Origin: Amoebidium appalachense
Lineage: Eukaryota; Protista; Ichthyosporea
Assembly: GCA_963693365.1 (NCBI GenBank)
Contig: CAVNZM010000009.1
Coordinates: forward strand, 4,785,146-4,849,145
Direction of reading: 5' to 3'
Length of the DNA stretch: 64,000 bases
This document shows, piece after piece, positions 1 to 14,613 of this stretch. Numbering within the stretch: the first letter of the stretch is position 1; each line of letters starts with the position of its first letter. The notes under the pieces are model-generated. The model was not told where the DNA came from, made no database searches, and worked only from the letters and a program-made list of their open reading frames with translations. The position numbers and the translations under genes are program-made.

Positions 1-1926
1 CGAAGAATTCAAGTAAATAACTTCCGTAAGATGCGGCATGGCAGGCTGGCACACTGTCACAGGCTGCGCAGCAGCCTGCCCTAACCCTAAACCCTACATT
101 TACTAAATCACTAATCACCGGCATCTTTTAATGTAATATACCTTAAGAGGAAATGATATACAATAGGTAACCGCAGGACGTTTATAAACCTTCGAAGTTG
201 GCGGAATGCAACTGACAATTAGACATTAGGCAGCCAGTCACAATTTGCCATGCATCATCCGATCTGAGAACTTCGTTGCAATCTGATTATGTCATAGTAA
301 CGTTGAGCTGCCGATGATGGGGCTCCAGCGTATGCTTTCGGGACTCTCAGAAAACCCGAATTTCCAGTTAACGCAACAGAAATAGGATTGCACATATGCA
401 TTATCCGAAAAATAAAGAGCTCTGATATTAGAACTATACCCTTTTGAAGGCCTGAAGTACGAAACAAAAGGTCTTATTTTGATGTCGTCACCGGTGGAGG
501 TTTGGGGAGATCCTTCCACATTCAGTGCAGACTTTCAAAGTTGGGGTTTACACACTATTTTCAAACTTCCCTACTGTACATAACGTTGAAGTTCCGATCG
601 AAATAAAATCCATTATAAAATTCTGATCATGCTCATATATCTTCATTGTTTATGCAGCAATCACCCCCGCAGCACCAGACATGTCTACGACAGAGGCTCG
701 TACATACACAGTGCACCCTACAGCATTCATCATTGAATGGATTCCATTCCCCACATGACAACCTTATTGAGCTTCCAGCGAGCATGCGCACTTCAGGACT
801 CTTGGCAGGAAGCAGATGCACTCCGAGGTTGACAAAAGTTTTCACTGAAAAATCATTTGTATATCCAGTTTTGGGTGTTTGGGAACTTCGGAGGAGGGAA
901 GAATGAGCAGATCGCTACGCCTTATATCGGCGTCAAATTCATTTCATTCCACTGGTCACCGACCGTGTACATACCGCCGCAGAGTCGACGCGGCCCGGGG
1001 CCCCGGCCCACCGTGACACAGAGGCCTGCAAATTTCGGGGAGTTTTGAAAACGGCGAGGGCCACAAAATGCCCCTGAAGCCGTTAAAGAATACTTATTTT
1101 TCATTTAGAAATCCTTTTTGGCCATCCGGTGGCCTATGGAAATATCCTCTTGGAATGGTTGGCGCCACCGAGCCTGAGCGGTGCAGGTGAGTCTGACAAA
1201 ATAATATCAAACCCTGGTCATGAACCGGACCAATCAGAGGCTGGCAGGTTGTGAAATTATGGGCCACGATTTTTCCAACAAGCCCAAAAAGTGTTCGTAA
1301 CGTTTTTGCGGTTAGGTCCACATATTTTGCTTTATACAATAGCCCTGTCAGGGCCTAAACTATAAGAAAAAACTCCTGAAAACTGTTTGTGGCCCCGCTT
1401 TCGGGCCATGTAGGCAGAAGGGAAGTTAATAATCGAATGATTATAGCACTATGTACATGTGGCCAAAAAAATTTGCACGCCCTGCTGCAAGGTACACTCT
1501 CGATCATATGCATGATCCGGCATCATGTGGTGTTGCATGTCACAGCGGGCCAGTAATTATCGACTTCATGACGACAATGAAAAATTCCAGAGATATCAAC
1601 ACACGTGGCTCGCGCCCACAAAAAGTGGCTCACCAGGGTCTAGTGCATGCAGTCCAAAATTCTCCGCTCACACCATCCATTTTTGTCTTACGTGTCAACC
1701 AAAGGTTTCAAAACCTTCGTTTCTCACCTCACGCACTTTTTTCTGAGAGCTCTTCCCACGTCCGAATTGATGCGCACAAGAGTTGCCACTCACAACTGAT
1801 TTGAAAGTTTGGGCTCGGTAGAAGTGGAAGTGGGCAGCTTTCAGAGCTTTCATGGGGCACTTGTAGCTGGCTAGAACTATTTTTAAGAATACCCACAAAA
1901 ACTTTGGTGAATTGGTTACAGCCACG

Positions 1927-3827
1927 ATGTTGAAGCTCGAGCCCAATTCACAAACGCAAACACGCGACCAGCTTTCCCTCCCTTACCTTCAGGACGCACA
2001 CACAAAGACACTCCCCCCGCTCAACATGCAGGCGGCGCAGGCTGAAATTATCGAGGAGGAGGGGTTTCTCTCCTCCGACAACGAAGAGTGTCTGGCCCAG
2101 AGGGACGTTTCCCCTCTCCCACCACCAACCGCAGATTCCAAACACAACCCACACCATTCACAAACCAACACAAACACGCAATCACACGCACCCTTCACGA
2201 TGCACACCTCAAAGGTGCGCTCTGTGTCCCTCTCCTCCCTGTCCCCCATTCAATGTGACAGTTACATCAACACTTTTGCAACAGGTAGTGACTCTCACAA
2301 CTCCGCAACACTTCGCCGTGAGAGTTGCCCTGAGCGATCAAGCCAACAGAATTTCGGTCTGCCCGCTCTCCAAACAGAGCGCCAGCCGGTAGGGATCACA
2401 CGGCCGCGGTCTGGTTCGCTCAATGACACATTTAGCAGGCAATCGAGATTTCTACCTCTTTCCACCGATTTCCGCCTACAGGAGGATAGCTTTCTCGGTC
2501 TTCCTAATCCCAGAAAATCTTCCGCCCCCTGTTTCTCCACAAACACGTTGCATGACCCGTTCGACTCGCACCGCGTGGGGCGTAGGCTTACAGCGGATTC
2601 AGCGGATGCCCTAGCCCAGCTTTTCCACAGCGTAGATTTGGCGTCTGTTCACAGCAGTCCCACCCAATCGCACGCGGGCATTCCTGCATTCGGCGGCAAC
2701 AACAACCATTACGAACCACACACAGGCTTGCACCACCACGCGGCACAGCAGCACAGACGCAGATCCTCACACGAACCCGTCGATGAACTTGACGCAGACT
2801 TGATCTCCGATTTTCTACAGTCGGCGAACAGTCGTGCGGACCAACAACTGAAAGCGATTTTGGCGGCTCTGAATGGTGCAGCGGCGGGGCCAGGACCCAA
2901 GCATGGGGGCCTTAACACCAGCTCCCTCCCGGATGAAAACATGGGCGGTGGCTACGGGCACGAGCACGGAACAGATGGCGAGGATGGTGACGGACAGATG
3001 ATGGTCGACCTGACAGGGAATGACTCCGAGAGCGGGGATATGGAGAACGGCGGCGGGAAGTGCAACAAGGCCCGTCCCCGTCGGCCGCGCAACCAGCTTG
3101 CGAGGCAGTATGTGTGCCCGCTCAGCCACACCGGGTGTGAGAGGAGATACGAGGCTTGGCGCTCTCTGCAGGTGTGTATTCTAACTGTAACTTCTGTATC
3201 CTGTTTGCTTTTTGCCACATTTCCAAATTCTGCAAAACACAAAGCATTGTGTGGTTTTCTTATAAGTTCAACCCTGTTGTAACATATCATTCGAAATTTC
3301 ACCAGCAGTTGCTAACGAAATTTTTCCCCCTACAGCACCACCTCTGGGCACACCATTCCATCCGCTTCCGCAAGTTGGACTACGACCGGCTGTTTCCTCA
3401 GCTCTCCATCCACCAGATCATCAGCTCACAGGACCTGCTCTACCCTCACATCCTCCGGGAGAAACTCCAGGCCGCAAACCAGAAATATCAGCAGCAAAAC
3501 ACCATCAGACCCCGTGCCCCGGCTAATTCCGTGCCCACGAGCGGAATTTCAAGCCCTGCTGCTGGCTCCCCCCAAAATTTCGCCGTCAAGAACAACCGCA
3601 ACGTTGCTCCTTACAGCGCTAACAGCAGCCCTATCGTCAGGGCGCGAAACAGCTTCCTGCGGCCGAGCGAAAATTCAATGTGGGGGGGCTCAAGAGAGGT
3701 GAACAATATGGGGACACTGATGGAGGATGGAATTTCAAGGGGTCCTATCTCGAGCGTCTCCAGCCCTTCCCTGCCCGTGGGCAATCAGCTGGCCTGGGAT
3801 AACCTTCTGGAGAGGCTGCAAATGTAA
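1927..3827 (+). CDS. C2H2 zinc-finger protein (putative transcription factor), 2 exons: 1927-3171, 3336-3827; about 578 aa
   Basis: Long ORF from ATG 1927; phase-0 intron CAG|GTGTGT 3172 to GCTAAC branch 3311 and TACAG| 3335. Splicing joins YVCPLSHTGCERRYEAWRSLQ to HHLWAHH, giving C-x6-C-x12-H-x3-H, preceded by basic ARPRRPR. The rest is S/P/Q-rich and likely disordered. ATG 2026 is an alternative start. Confidence 0.85.
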
Positions 3828-4698
3828 ACCTTTTTTATTTGTGGTGGATAAAATGAGTTTTCTTCGAAATGTTGATACATGTAAAATATACACATTGCGA
3901 TAACCTATTTGATATGTATCATATACCCATAATGCAATGATGTATAGTTGGGCTCTATATCACCTCTCCGATAAGGGTGACCAAATGTTGTATCATAGTA
4001 AATATCACCATTCGGTTGAATTTTCGGTAAAATGTTTTGGAATATCCTGTTTCCTTGGGCTTGTTCTCTAACTGGGGGAATGGGTGCGTGGTGTGGCCGG
4101 TCATTGCAACCTCGTTTTGTTTCTGTTTTTTGTGTTTTATGTTTTCATTTCTTAAGAAACAGCATGTAGGTTGAAAGTGACTGTGAAACTTCGTCGAGAA
4201 GTGGTTGTACTTATAGTTCGAATGGAGTATTGATAAATACCGGATTCGAACATTGATTGATAAAATATTGAGCGCCTTTCACAAAGGGATGACAATATAA
4301 CTGTGCGCAAACACAGCGTTTTCGTGTTGAGGGAACTTAGCTCACTGTATGTAGGCCATTTATTATTAGCTCAGTGACGTATAAGGGTGGCTACACCTCG
4401 TGAAATATATGAAAAGCTATAAACAGCACTCTCGTTGCGGAAAGGATTTTTCTACGTAATCAGACTCCACAGTCCCTCCCTCTCATTCCTTCTTTGAATG
4501 TTCTTTTGTACGCCGTACTGCCTACCCCCCTCCCCCCCCCCCCCCCCTTTCACCACCGGGCACACACGCAACCAACCAAACCAACTTGTTTAGCTACGTT
4601 TTGTGTTTCGTCATTTGACGAGTTTCAGGCTGCAAGGCTTCTATATTTCCAACCCTCAACCCCCTTACACATCCCCCCCTCCCCATCCCCCCCCTCAG

Positions 4699-4729
<31 letters not shown>

Positions 4730-5771
4730 GCACGCACGCGCAAACGCGCAAACACACACGCACACACGCACACACGCACACATACACATGCACACACACA
4801 CAGACACAACCACCACCGCCAAGGCTTTTGCTTGGCACCATTGGAACTTGTGCTGTACTAAGGCCTGTCGATGGCAAATAGCTTCAATGCTTTCTTTTTT
4901 CTGTCATTCAGTCTTTCATGACTCATCCGCTCGGCAATTGCATTCGCCATGTACTCTATATACATGTGTGTGTGCTTCGTTCTTTTGTGCATGCAGGTAC
5001 TTGTGTGGTAAGTAACAGGTTGGTGCGCACGTGCAGGCATTGGTGTGGTAGCTAGCGTGCATGTGATTGGACAGTTTACACGTGTGGCTGGTGCCCGTGC
5101 AGACATGTACATGTGTGGTTGGTGCTCATGTGCCCAGCCGTGATATTAATGGCATTAATTTTATACTACTGTAATCCATATGATATGGCCACTACCCGTG
5201 TGTTCTCAATGCCATGGTGAAACAATTCTGTCTGATGTAACCTACACCGTTGTGCTCTTATAACATTGGGTCCGGCACACCCATGTTACCGAGCATGATG
5301 GCAGGTATTACCCAATCAAAATTAGCCAAATTTTCAGTAGTACGCGCCATTTTTGGCAGGTGGTTAACCATAAAAGGTTAGTTTCGTCACCTTGCCGGGT
5401 AGTTTTTTTGGCTGCAGTGCTGGCTTCAGGGCTATTATTTCTACAAAACAATATAGTAATAATTATAAGCTTTCAGGAAATATGCGTTTCAAGACAAAAA
5501 AAGCACATTTGGATAGCATCGCTTCAAATTGAGCCAGTCCGAAAAACCATGATGCTGTGTTACCGTAGCCATGTTTGTGCTTGCACCACCCTTTCGTCTG
5601 TATCGTCAGTCCTGCATTGTGCACAGTGTCACGTTCCCACTTCACTACATCCATGTTGTATACGCTGAAACATTATCGACTTCGTGTCTAACACACACGT
5701 GTTTCCTCACCTGTGCGCTTGATTTTGCTTTTTGCTCCTTGTGGACATGTGCATACTGAACCATCCCCCCC

Positions 5772-5806
<35 letters not shown>

Positions 5807-6304
5807 TACTCCCCCCCCCCCCCCCCCCCCCACCCTCCCCCCCCTTCCCCCCCCGGATTGGCCAACATGCCCCCGATATCCCCTCCCGGCCACCTCCCTG
5901 CCCCACGGTCTTGGGCCCTTAAACTGGGTTGCAATGCTACAGCTAGGCTAATAATTAGTTTGAATTTTTTATTTTAATAAAAAAAGAAAGAAGAAAAAAT
6001 TGTTTTCGATGTGCGTCTAATTCCCTCTCACCTCATCTCCGTCAATGTTTTCAACATTAACACGGTGCAGGATCCCTTTATGTTATACTGTGACCACTGT
6101 GCCTTTTTTTTTTTTTTTTTTTTTGCTTGTCGGCTGGCCGCCGCGGCCCCCTCCCTCCCCCCTCCCCCCGTCCCCTTCTGCTCTTCTGCCCCCGCTGCCC
6201 CCTCTCCCCCTTCTCCTCCACCCCACCTTCCCCCCCCCCCCCCCCCCCAGCCCGGAGCCAGAAGGGAATTGGCCGGGGGGGGGGGGGGGGGGGAGGCTTC
6301 TTGT

Positions 6305-6335
<31 letters not shown>

Positions 6336-6439
6336 GGGGAGGAGGGGAGGAGGGGAGGGGGACAGACTAGGAATTACGGTAAATGTCATTTCAGACCTTA
6401 ACCCACCGCAGTCCTTTTACTGCAATTGAGATCTGAGGA

Positions 6440-6720
6440 ATGGAATTTGAGACAAGTTTAATGATTGGTCAAAAAGTAGATTCCTGTGGTCTCCTCATGT
6501 TCATGACCTCGTTGGGTCTTTGTACTTGCCATATATGGAAATGTTAGGGGGGCTAATGTAGTTTGCCGTCTGTAACATAATGAGCGCCTCCCCCCCTCCC
6601 CCCCCCCCCCCCTCCGAATACATATAGAGCAACCTTCTCTAAACATGTCTATCCTGTTTGCCATACGTGGAGTGTCAAAGGGGGGCTCATGTGCTTTAGT
6701 GGCTGTCATAGCTCAACTTG
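6440..6720 (+). repeat. Dispersed repeat family B, fragment
   Basis: AATGATTGG...GTACTTGCCATATATGGAA and GGGGGCTCATGTG motifs shared with 9035-9130, 22830-22915 and 26855-27250. Confidence 0.7.
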
Positions 6721-6771
6721 AGTTTGCCGAAATATAAACTCACGTTATGTGTATGTTGGGGAGGGAGGGAG

Positions 6772-6819
<48 letters not shown>

Positions 6820-8739
6820 GAAGGGGAGGGGAGGGAAGCAACGAATGCTACGTTTGAGATTTTATAAAGTTTACTGCACATTACCGTACTCGTATTAGGG
6901 AGAATCGTTGGGAGAGTAGGGGAGGAGGGGGACTGGTTGCAGGGGGGGAAAGGCAGGGGGAGGGGAGAGGGGGAGGGGGGGGAGGGGGAAAGGGGGGGGG
7001 GGGAACCGCGGAAGCTTCGAGAGTGGGCTCCGGGGGGAGGAGATGGGGGAGAAGGGGGAGGGCATGCACCTACTTTGATGATCATATTATAGAGGAGGAA
7101 ACGACGAACCCAAAGAAATAGGCCAATAATGAAAGAAGGGTTAGGGGAAAGCTGGAACCTATATGGGTGGGGATGGGAGCGTGGGTTTGTGGGTAAAGTG
7201 GTGGGTGGCATGGGTGGGTGGGTGGGTGGGCGGTGGGGAAGCTGGGTGATGGTGGGGTGGGTGCGTCACGCGGTTGCTTGCATGGGGAGGGGGAGGGGCG
7301 GGGGAAGGTTGATGGGGGCGGGGGGAGGGGGGGGGGGGGAGGGGGAGGGGAGGGGACGGGGCGGGTGGGGGGTGGGGGGGGAGGGGGGGGGGAGAAGATA
7401 GGAGAGAGCGACGAAGTATTGCCATAGCATGTGCTGGGAGGGGGAGGGGGGGAAAGGATGATGAGAGGTGGTTTCGGGGGGAGGGGGGGAAATGGAGGGG
7501 GGGGGGAGGGGGGTTTTGGTGGAAGAGAGGGGTTGACCGGGTGGGGTGGGTGAGGGGGGGGGGGGGGGGGGGAGGGGGGGGGGCACCCGTTTATAACCAA
7601 AGGAAGTGGGTGTGTTTGTAGCCTGCACAACAACTCAATCAGGTGGTATATTGTAGTCATACAATATTATATAGAACTTTCGTTGGCCAGAAATCCCATT
7701 ATCGATTGATATCACGCGGGACTGAATCACAAAGGCCACGATCCCCTTAAAGCGTAATTCTCGATTAAAATGTGATAATTCAATAGTATACGTACTATGT
7801 AGTAATGTTGAGCTCAAAATTTTATGAATCAACAGTTGTTTTCTCTGGTAACATATTTACTTAGTGCACAATGAAATCTTATTTTTCTAGGTAAGATTCA
7901 AGGCTTTCGTTTTATTTTGGCAAAAGACGCATGTACCCTGCGGTCTACTCTAGCCATCGGAAGGGGGGGGGGGGGGAGAGGAAGGGGGGGGGGGGGGGGT
8001 GAAGGCAGGGTTGCCCGGGGGGGGGGGGGGGGGGGGGGGAGGGGGGGGAGGGGGAGAGGGGGGAGGGGGAGTCTACGAAATCGAACCAGATTGTCCAATT
8101 GGTCAGTTAAGGTGGAATGCCTCAAATTTCAAATTTCTGCTACGATGAAGGGGGTGCACATTAATCTGTTACCATTTGAAAACTTTGATGGTGCTTCACG
8201 TTAGAGCCTAATATAGCAACTCCTGCCGGCGTGGCTGGGGTAGTAACCCTGGGCAAAGTGTGTACTGCTAGTACTTCGGTGTGTGAAGAATTTTTTAGCT
8301 TAGCTGAGCACATAGACTGCACCCTAACTAGTGTACTGTCGGTGCTGTGTGATAGACGGTAGTTCCCTCGAAGGCCTGTAAAAGGTCCTCCGGGAACAAA
8401 ACGTGATAAAATATAAATAACAATTGCACCCCAGCTAGGGCAAACGGATATGAAAATAACCATCTCTATCTTCTACGTGTATCCGTGTCAGATACCAAGA
8501 AAAAAATGTTCTTATTAATTCCAATTAATGAGGGGGGAAAGGGGGCTGAACTTCCTACGTGATTTTATTGATTGCACTGATTCGCTGGCCCCAGCGTTTG
8601 ATTTTTATGGCCGATGTGGAAACTGATCTGATGGATGGGTGTCGTCACTATAGTGATCCTGGAAAAATCCGAACAAAATATACTGGAGAAGGAGACAGGT
8701 GTAAACCCACACACGTGCAAAGCTTCCGCCCGGTTCGTT

Positions 8740-8809
8740 AGAATCGGCTCCAAACGTTCAGATTCTCGCACAAGTTGCAACCCCCTCCCCCCCCCCCCCT
8801 CCCCCCCCC

Positions 8810-8840
<31 letters not shown>

Positions 8841-9140
8841 ACATCCCCTTCCCTCCCCCTCCTGCCCCATCCCCTCCCCTCCCCCTCCCCGCCCCTTTTC
8901 CTCCCCCTCGCGCCCCTTTCCCCCCCCCCCCCTCCCCCTGCCCCTGCCCATCCTCCCCCTTCCCTCCTCCCCCCCTCTCCGGGCCCCTCGGCAACACACT
9001 AGGCTGAGTAGGGGTGTTTCGTATAAGAGAGCATTGAAACAAGCTCAACGACCGGCCAAAGTAAGATGCAATGGTAAATCGTTATGTGTCTGGGCTTGTG
9101 GGTTCTTTGTACTTGCCATATGTGGAAGTGTTGGGAGGGG
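8740..9140 (+). repeat. Dispersed repeat family B, fragment
   Basis: CACAAGTTGCAAC plus C-tract (cf. 10708-10721), and AGCTCAA...GTACTTGCCATATGTGGAAGTG. Confidence 0.65.
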
Positions 9141-9440
9141 TGCCCGTGTGTTCTGCTGCCTGGTAAGAACCCCCCCCCCCCCCCCCCCCCCCCTTCTCCC
9201 CCATCTACATTGCACATTTCCTCATCTTTCTACATGTGTGTGTGCATATTATGTGATGGGAAATATTTGGAGTTCTTTGCTGCCTGTTGCCGCCCTATAT
9301 ATAGAGTTTTGCGGCGACATATGTTGTGTATATGTGTGTTTCTTTTCTTAGTCCTTCTTTTCTCCGTTTTTCTCTCAAAGTTTCCTTCTTTTCTTTCTTT
9401 TTACTTCTTCTTCTTTTTCTTTTTCTTTTTTTTTTTTTTT

Positions 9441-9492
<52 letters not shown>

Positions 9493-10392
9493 AAACGCCT
9501 GTGGGTTCTATTGATCAACGAACGGATGGAAGGTTGAGGGAGCGGGGAGGGGGGGGGGGGGGGGGGGGGAGGGGGGGGGGGAGGGGGGGGGGTGAAGCTA
9601 GCAGCAGACACATGATCTCATCCACACCATTTATGCGGCCACTAGACGTCCCGATCAATTTCTGTCCAAATGAGACGAGTGTTAGTCACACCATTCGTCA
9701 AGGTGATGTTTTTTTTTATTTTTTTGTTTTGTTTTTTTTATTTTTTTTTTTTTGGGGGGGGGGGTAAGGGGTGAGGGAGGGAGAAGGAGGGAGGGCATGG
9801 GGAGAGAAGGCAGGGGAAAGGTAGGAGGGCAGGAAGGCGCATATGCCTTTGTTCGAACCAGCAAGGTCTTATGGTGGTCAGGGGACAGAGCGTGCTAGAG
9901 AAAAAGAAAGAGGAGGTACCCGGGGGAGAGAAGGGGGGGGGGGGGGGGGGGGGATGAGATGGAGGAGAGGAGGGGAACGAGAGGGGGAGTTTGGGGGCGG
10001 GGGGGATAGCTTAGATATTGCGTATTGAAAGAAAGAAGGGGTGGGAGGCAGAAAACATGAGTAGGGCTGGATAGGGGAGGGAGCGCCGGGGGGGGGGGGG
10101 GGAGGGGGGGGGGGGGGGGAAGGGGGAGGGGGAGGGGGGGAGGAGGGGGGGAGGAGGGGGGGGGGAGGAGGAGAGCGTTTTTATTTTTTATTTTATTTTT
10201 TTGTGGGGGGGGGGGGGGGGGGGGGGGGTGCAATGAGAAGGGAGAGGGTGGGGTTTTTGGGACGAGGGTGGGGGGAGGACAAATATATGATGAAGGGAGC
10301 TCAGTGTGGCCATGAAAGGGGGAGGGGAGGGGAGATCCGTAATCAGAGAGAGTGGGAAAAGTGGGAACTTGGGAACCTGCTGCATAAATTGG

Positions 10393-11273
10393 ACATCAGC
10401 ACAGACACCCCAAGTTGAATATTTAAGGTTTATTTCAATTTTATCTAAATCTAAATCTAAAGACTATTATATAACCATAAACGGCTAATGGTTGATCTAA
10501 TTGGACTAAAAACCATACATCACACATGGCTAATGGTTGGTCTACTCGTCATACAACATAATTGGCCAATGTGAGACACGGACCTGATCTATGGGTCATG
10601 TCTTTTTCCTAATGATTTTCGAATATCTAAGGTAAATTCCCGTATATCTAGCCAGTCTGAATATCGTAGGATGTTTACCCTAGAGCTGGGGATTCAATCT
10701 GGGCATTCACACAGGTTGCAACCCCCCCCCCCCCCCCCCCCCCCCCCTCCCCCCCCCCCCCCCAACCTCGTCACAAAAAAAATAAAAATAAAAAAATAAA
10801 ATAAAGTTTTAGAAAAAACACGAAAAACAGAGACGTTCATCATCGAGTTATGACATACGCACACATGTCTATCCGATATGTCATATATGGAAGTGCTGGT
10901 GTGGGGTTCTATGGGTTTGCTGATGATCTCATAAACTTTGATTCTTCTCTCTTGTCTGCTATACAGGCAGTCTTTCAGGGGGGTTCATGTTATTTTTCTG
11001 TGTGTATGCGTGACATAGATCTATGTACAGTCGCCGCATGATATAGCTTCCCCCTCCCTAGAGCCCCCCCTTTCCACACCGTTTTAGAATTCCTTTCGGA
11101 CTGCCATAAACCATTTCGTCTAATTTTTTGGTACAGAAAACGGCCCATAACAGCGAGACCCCCCCTCCCCCCCCCTCCCCCCCGCCGCACCCCCCTCCCC
11201 CTCCACACATATTACGTGTAGTGCCAGGGTCGAGGAGGAACACCGTCACATGAACACGTAAAAGGCGTTTTAG

Positions 11274-11310
<37 letters not shown>

Positions 11311-11678
11311 TTTTCACCCCCACTCCCCACTGCATCCCCTCCCATTGGGAAGGCCACAGGGTTGGCCCATTGGCGGGGTTTCATTGGAGATATGTGTGAT
11401 TTTATTCCTTCTGAACCAATAACAAGGAACAACACATTGCCAAAAAAGGCCAACCTCCGTTATATTTCACCTGATTGGTTAACTGCCACCAACCTTAAAT
11501 CCAATTCAAATGCAACCCAACAAACACAAAAAGGAGAGGTGGAGGGGACTCGAACTTGAACATGATAATATATTTTTGAAATTTACATATACCCCCCCCC
11601 CCCCCCCCCCCCCCCCCCTCTCCCCCCCTCCTCCTCCCCCCCCCAGGGGTGCAACCGAGATGTTTTTTGTGTGCACGC

Positions 11679-11758
<80 letters not shown>

Positions 11759-12075
11759 CGTGCATGTGAGTGTGTTTGGGGGGGGGGGGGGGGGGGGGGG
11801 GGAGCCTGGGGGCAAGGGGGTTTCCGTCGGTGAATAATCCTTATTTGCAGTGTCTGTCTCATGTAAATATAATGAACGGATAAACCGTTCTAAAGATCTT
11901 TCCTTTCTAGCAATAATGGGGTAAAGCACTGTGTGTTCGTACGATGATGCTGGTGGTAGGGAACGAGGGTACAACTTACCTGCCTTTTTTGGAGTGAGCG
12001 CGGTAGAGGGGAGGTTAGGGGGCAGAGACGATTCGTGGACGGAAGGGGCCACCGGGTGGAAGAGAGAAGGCGGGG
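10393..12075 (+). repeat. Dispersed repeat family B, long copy 1
   Basis: Collinear with 21198-22410: GACATCAG.ACAGACACCCCA.GTTGAAT, GGCTAATGGTT.ATCTAAT, ATATGGAAGTGCTG.TGTGGGGTTCT.TGGGTTTGCT, CAGAAAACGGCCCA, AGGGTC.AGGAGGAACACCG, AGTGAGCG.GGTA.GGGGAGGTTAG. Confidence 0.85.
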
Positions 12076-13186
12076 GGAGGGGGGCGGGGGGAGGGGGGGA
12101 GGGGGGGGGGGGGGCGCATGGGTGGTTAGGCACATGTACGTACAGGAGCAAAACAAAACCGGAAGAGAATTGGTTAATCAGAAAAAAGGGATGGAGGGTA
12201 TATACCTGCCTTGGTACGGCCGAGGAGGAGGAGGGGGGGAAGGAGGGGGGGGGGGGGGGGGGGGGGGGGAGGGGGGGGGGGGGAGGGGGGAATCCGCACC
12301 TTGATCTGAACAAGTGGAGTTTAAATTTGGTTGCATGAAGGAGAAACACCCCGCGCAAGATAACTTACGGATTTTACTCAATAATACAAAAGAAATTGTC
12401 GAGCAAAAATAGTTTGCAAATTACGTGCCAGAGACCAGCTCCGCATTTTTTCAAACCTTTAAAAAACCCACCGGCCGCCGCGCAAAAGGAATCGTTTTTA
12501 CAGGCGAGTCTACATTTATGTACGTGCCTAACTTTACACTTACATACACAATAGTCATCTTGCATCACCCGGTCAGGGTCCCTTTACCTTAATTATAAAG
12601 CCTCAGCGGTAGCCTGTACATGCAAAAAAGGCTATAAAGAGAGCTCCTTACGCAATATATATCATTCACGCCAGAAACTGATATTAGTGGCTGTATTACT
12701 ACAGTCCATATCACAATATACATAATGACCTCCCCTCTGATCAGTGATCCATTAGCTTGCATGTGTCGGTGTGCATATTTTCATGCGTGCTCCTACCTTC
12801 TACAACTCCCGAATTCGAATATGTTTGACCATGCCCATTACAGCAATTTCCAAGAACCAGCACCGATAGATAGAAGTCACTGGTCCACCATTCGGTGGCC
12901 CATAATGCCGCACCATGCAATCATATCTGATTGGGAAGGAGACAACAACATCCACACACAAGGTCATAATTCATTAAAAAACAAAAAAGTAGGAACATTG
13001 CAATCTCAACAAAAGTTTGTATGGACCAATTGATTTCGCGCGAACGCACGATTAGCCAAAAATATAGAAATTTGGGCGGGAAGTTTTGGCGCGCCAAAAA
13101 AAAAAGTTTTTATAAAACAAACAAAAAAAGTAGGAATATTGTCTTGATCGACATTACATGTCCCACTAGCTGTTAGTCGAACTTAA

Positions 13187-13418
13187 GGAGAAAGGGTTCA
13201 TTTTGAAATTTCACTATGTAATTGATCAAATTTCATATGTAGGATTATCGGCCCCCACTGAGTATCGGGAGTTAGGGAGTATGGGGGATTACGATCTGCC
13301 GTTATGCACATGCATGGTTCATGGCCGCACTCAATTTGATTGGTGGAGATATAACGGACCAATAGTCTCATATACCATATATGGTATATGAGGAAATTTA
13401 GTTTTGAACCCTTTCTCC
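13187..13418. mobile_element. 232-bp MITE with TTAA target-site duplication (Kolobok/T2-MITE-like termini)
   Basis: TTAA at 13183-13186 and 13419-13422. Terminal inverted repeats are GGAGAAAGGGTTCA (14/14) followed by n5-AAATTTC on both ends. No transposase. Confidence 0.85.
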
Positions 13419-13483
13419 TTAACCGTCACTCTCTCAATGTCCACATTCTTGAGGTCCTGCAAACAAAAAATCGTTTCAACCAG

Positions 13484-13520
<37 letters not shown>

Positions 13521-13921
13521 AGAAAAAAAGAAAAAAAAGAAACCACACACGCACACACACACACACACGCACACACACACACACGCTTTCACACACACAC
13601 ACACGCTTTCACACACACACACACACACACACACCCACCCACCCACCCACCCACCCACCCGCACACCCACCCACCTACACCCACACCCAGACCGAGACCC
13701 AGACCCACACACACAGGGCTTCACATATTATGCGTTGGGTCCAGACACGTGCAGTTACAAGCCCAGACACACATCTGGGACACACTTACATCCACCCAAA
13801 CCCACCCACATACACACCTACACATCCATCCACACATCCCCCCCCTCCACTGACACCTCCTACATGCCATCACACCCACAGGCGTCGGACCCCACACCCA
13901 CACGTACCACACTGCCCACAA

Positions 13922-13956
<35 letters not shown>

Positions 13957-14542
13957 AACAACAACAACAACCCACTCACAAAAACACACACGGCCACACA
14001 CCTTGATGTCCTCCGACTCATGGATAGATGCTTGAAAGATGATCAGGTGTCTGAGGGAGGACATATGGGCCACACCGCCAAGGAAACACTTGCCCTGACC
14101 GTAGAATCTCACGTACAGAGAGACGAGAGAGGGGAATCGGCTGCACAGGGGCTGCAACGAGTTGTCGGGGCTGTCGAACCCATCTATTGTCAGGTCTTGT
14201 ACGGTGGGGAGGATGGGCAGGGTATCGATGAACTCCGAGGTGGTCTCACCGGTCAGCACAAGCTGGTGCAGGCAGGGGGCATGGGCCAAAAAGGCTAGAC
14301 CTTGCCCAAATTCGCCATGGGCCAAGCGGCCGCACATGTGGCCACCCGCTTGAGGCTGCGGCACCATGCCACCTGGCCGGGTTGGGGGACAAGGGACTCA
14401 AGATCCACAAGGGGTTTGGCCCCAAACACAAGAACGGAAAGGTTGTGGCTGCGCTGGAGGTGGGACATGTCGAGACATGGATTCGACAGGTACGCATGTT
14501 GAAGCCCCTTAGTGCCCTGTTTTTTTGTGTGCGTGTAGTTTT

Positions 14543-14613
<71 letters not shown>

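Noticed and set aside
78-97. CCCTAACCCTAAACCCTA telomere-like motif
   Set aside because: Only about three imperfect units; insufficient for a telomere or interstitial array.
255-1804. Short ORFs upstream of the zinc-finger gene
   Set aside because: No recognisable motifs or consistent splice structure.
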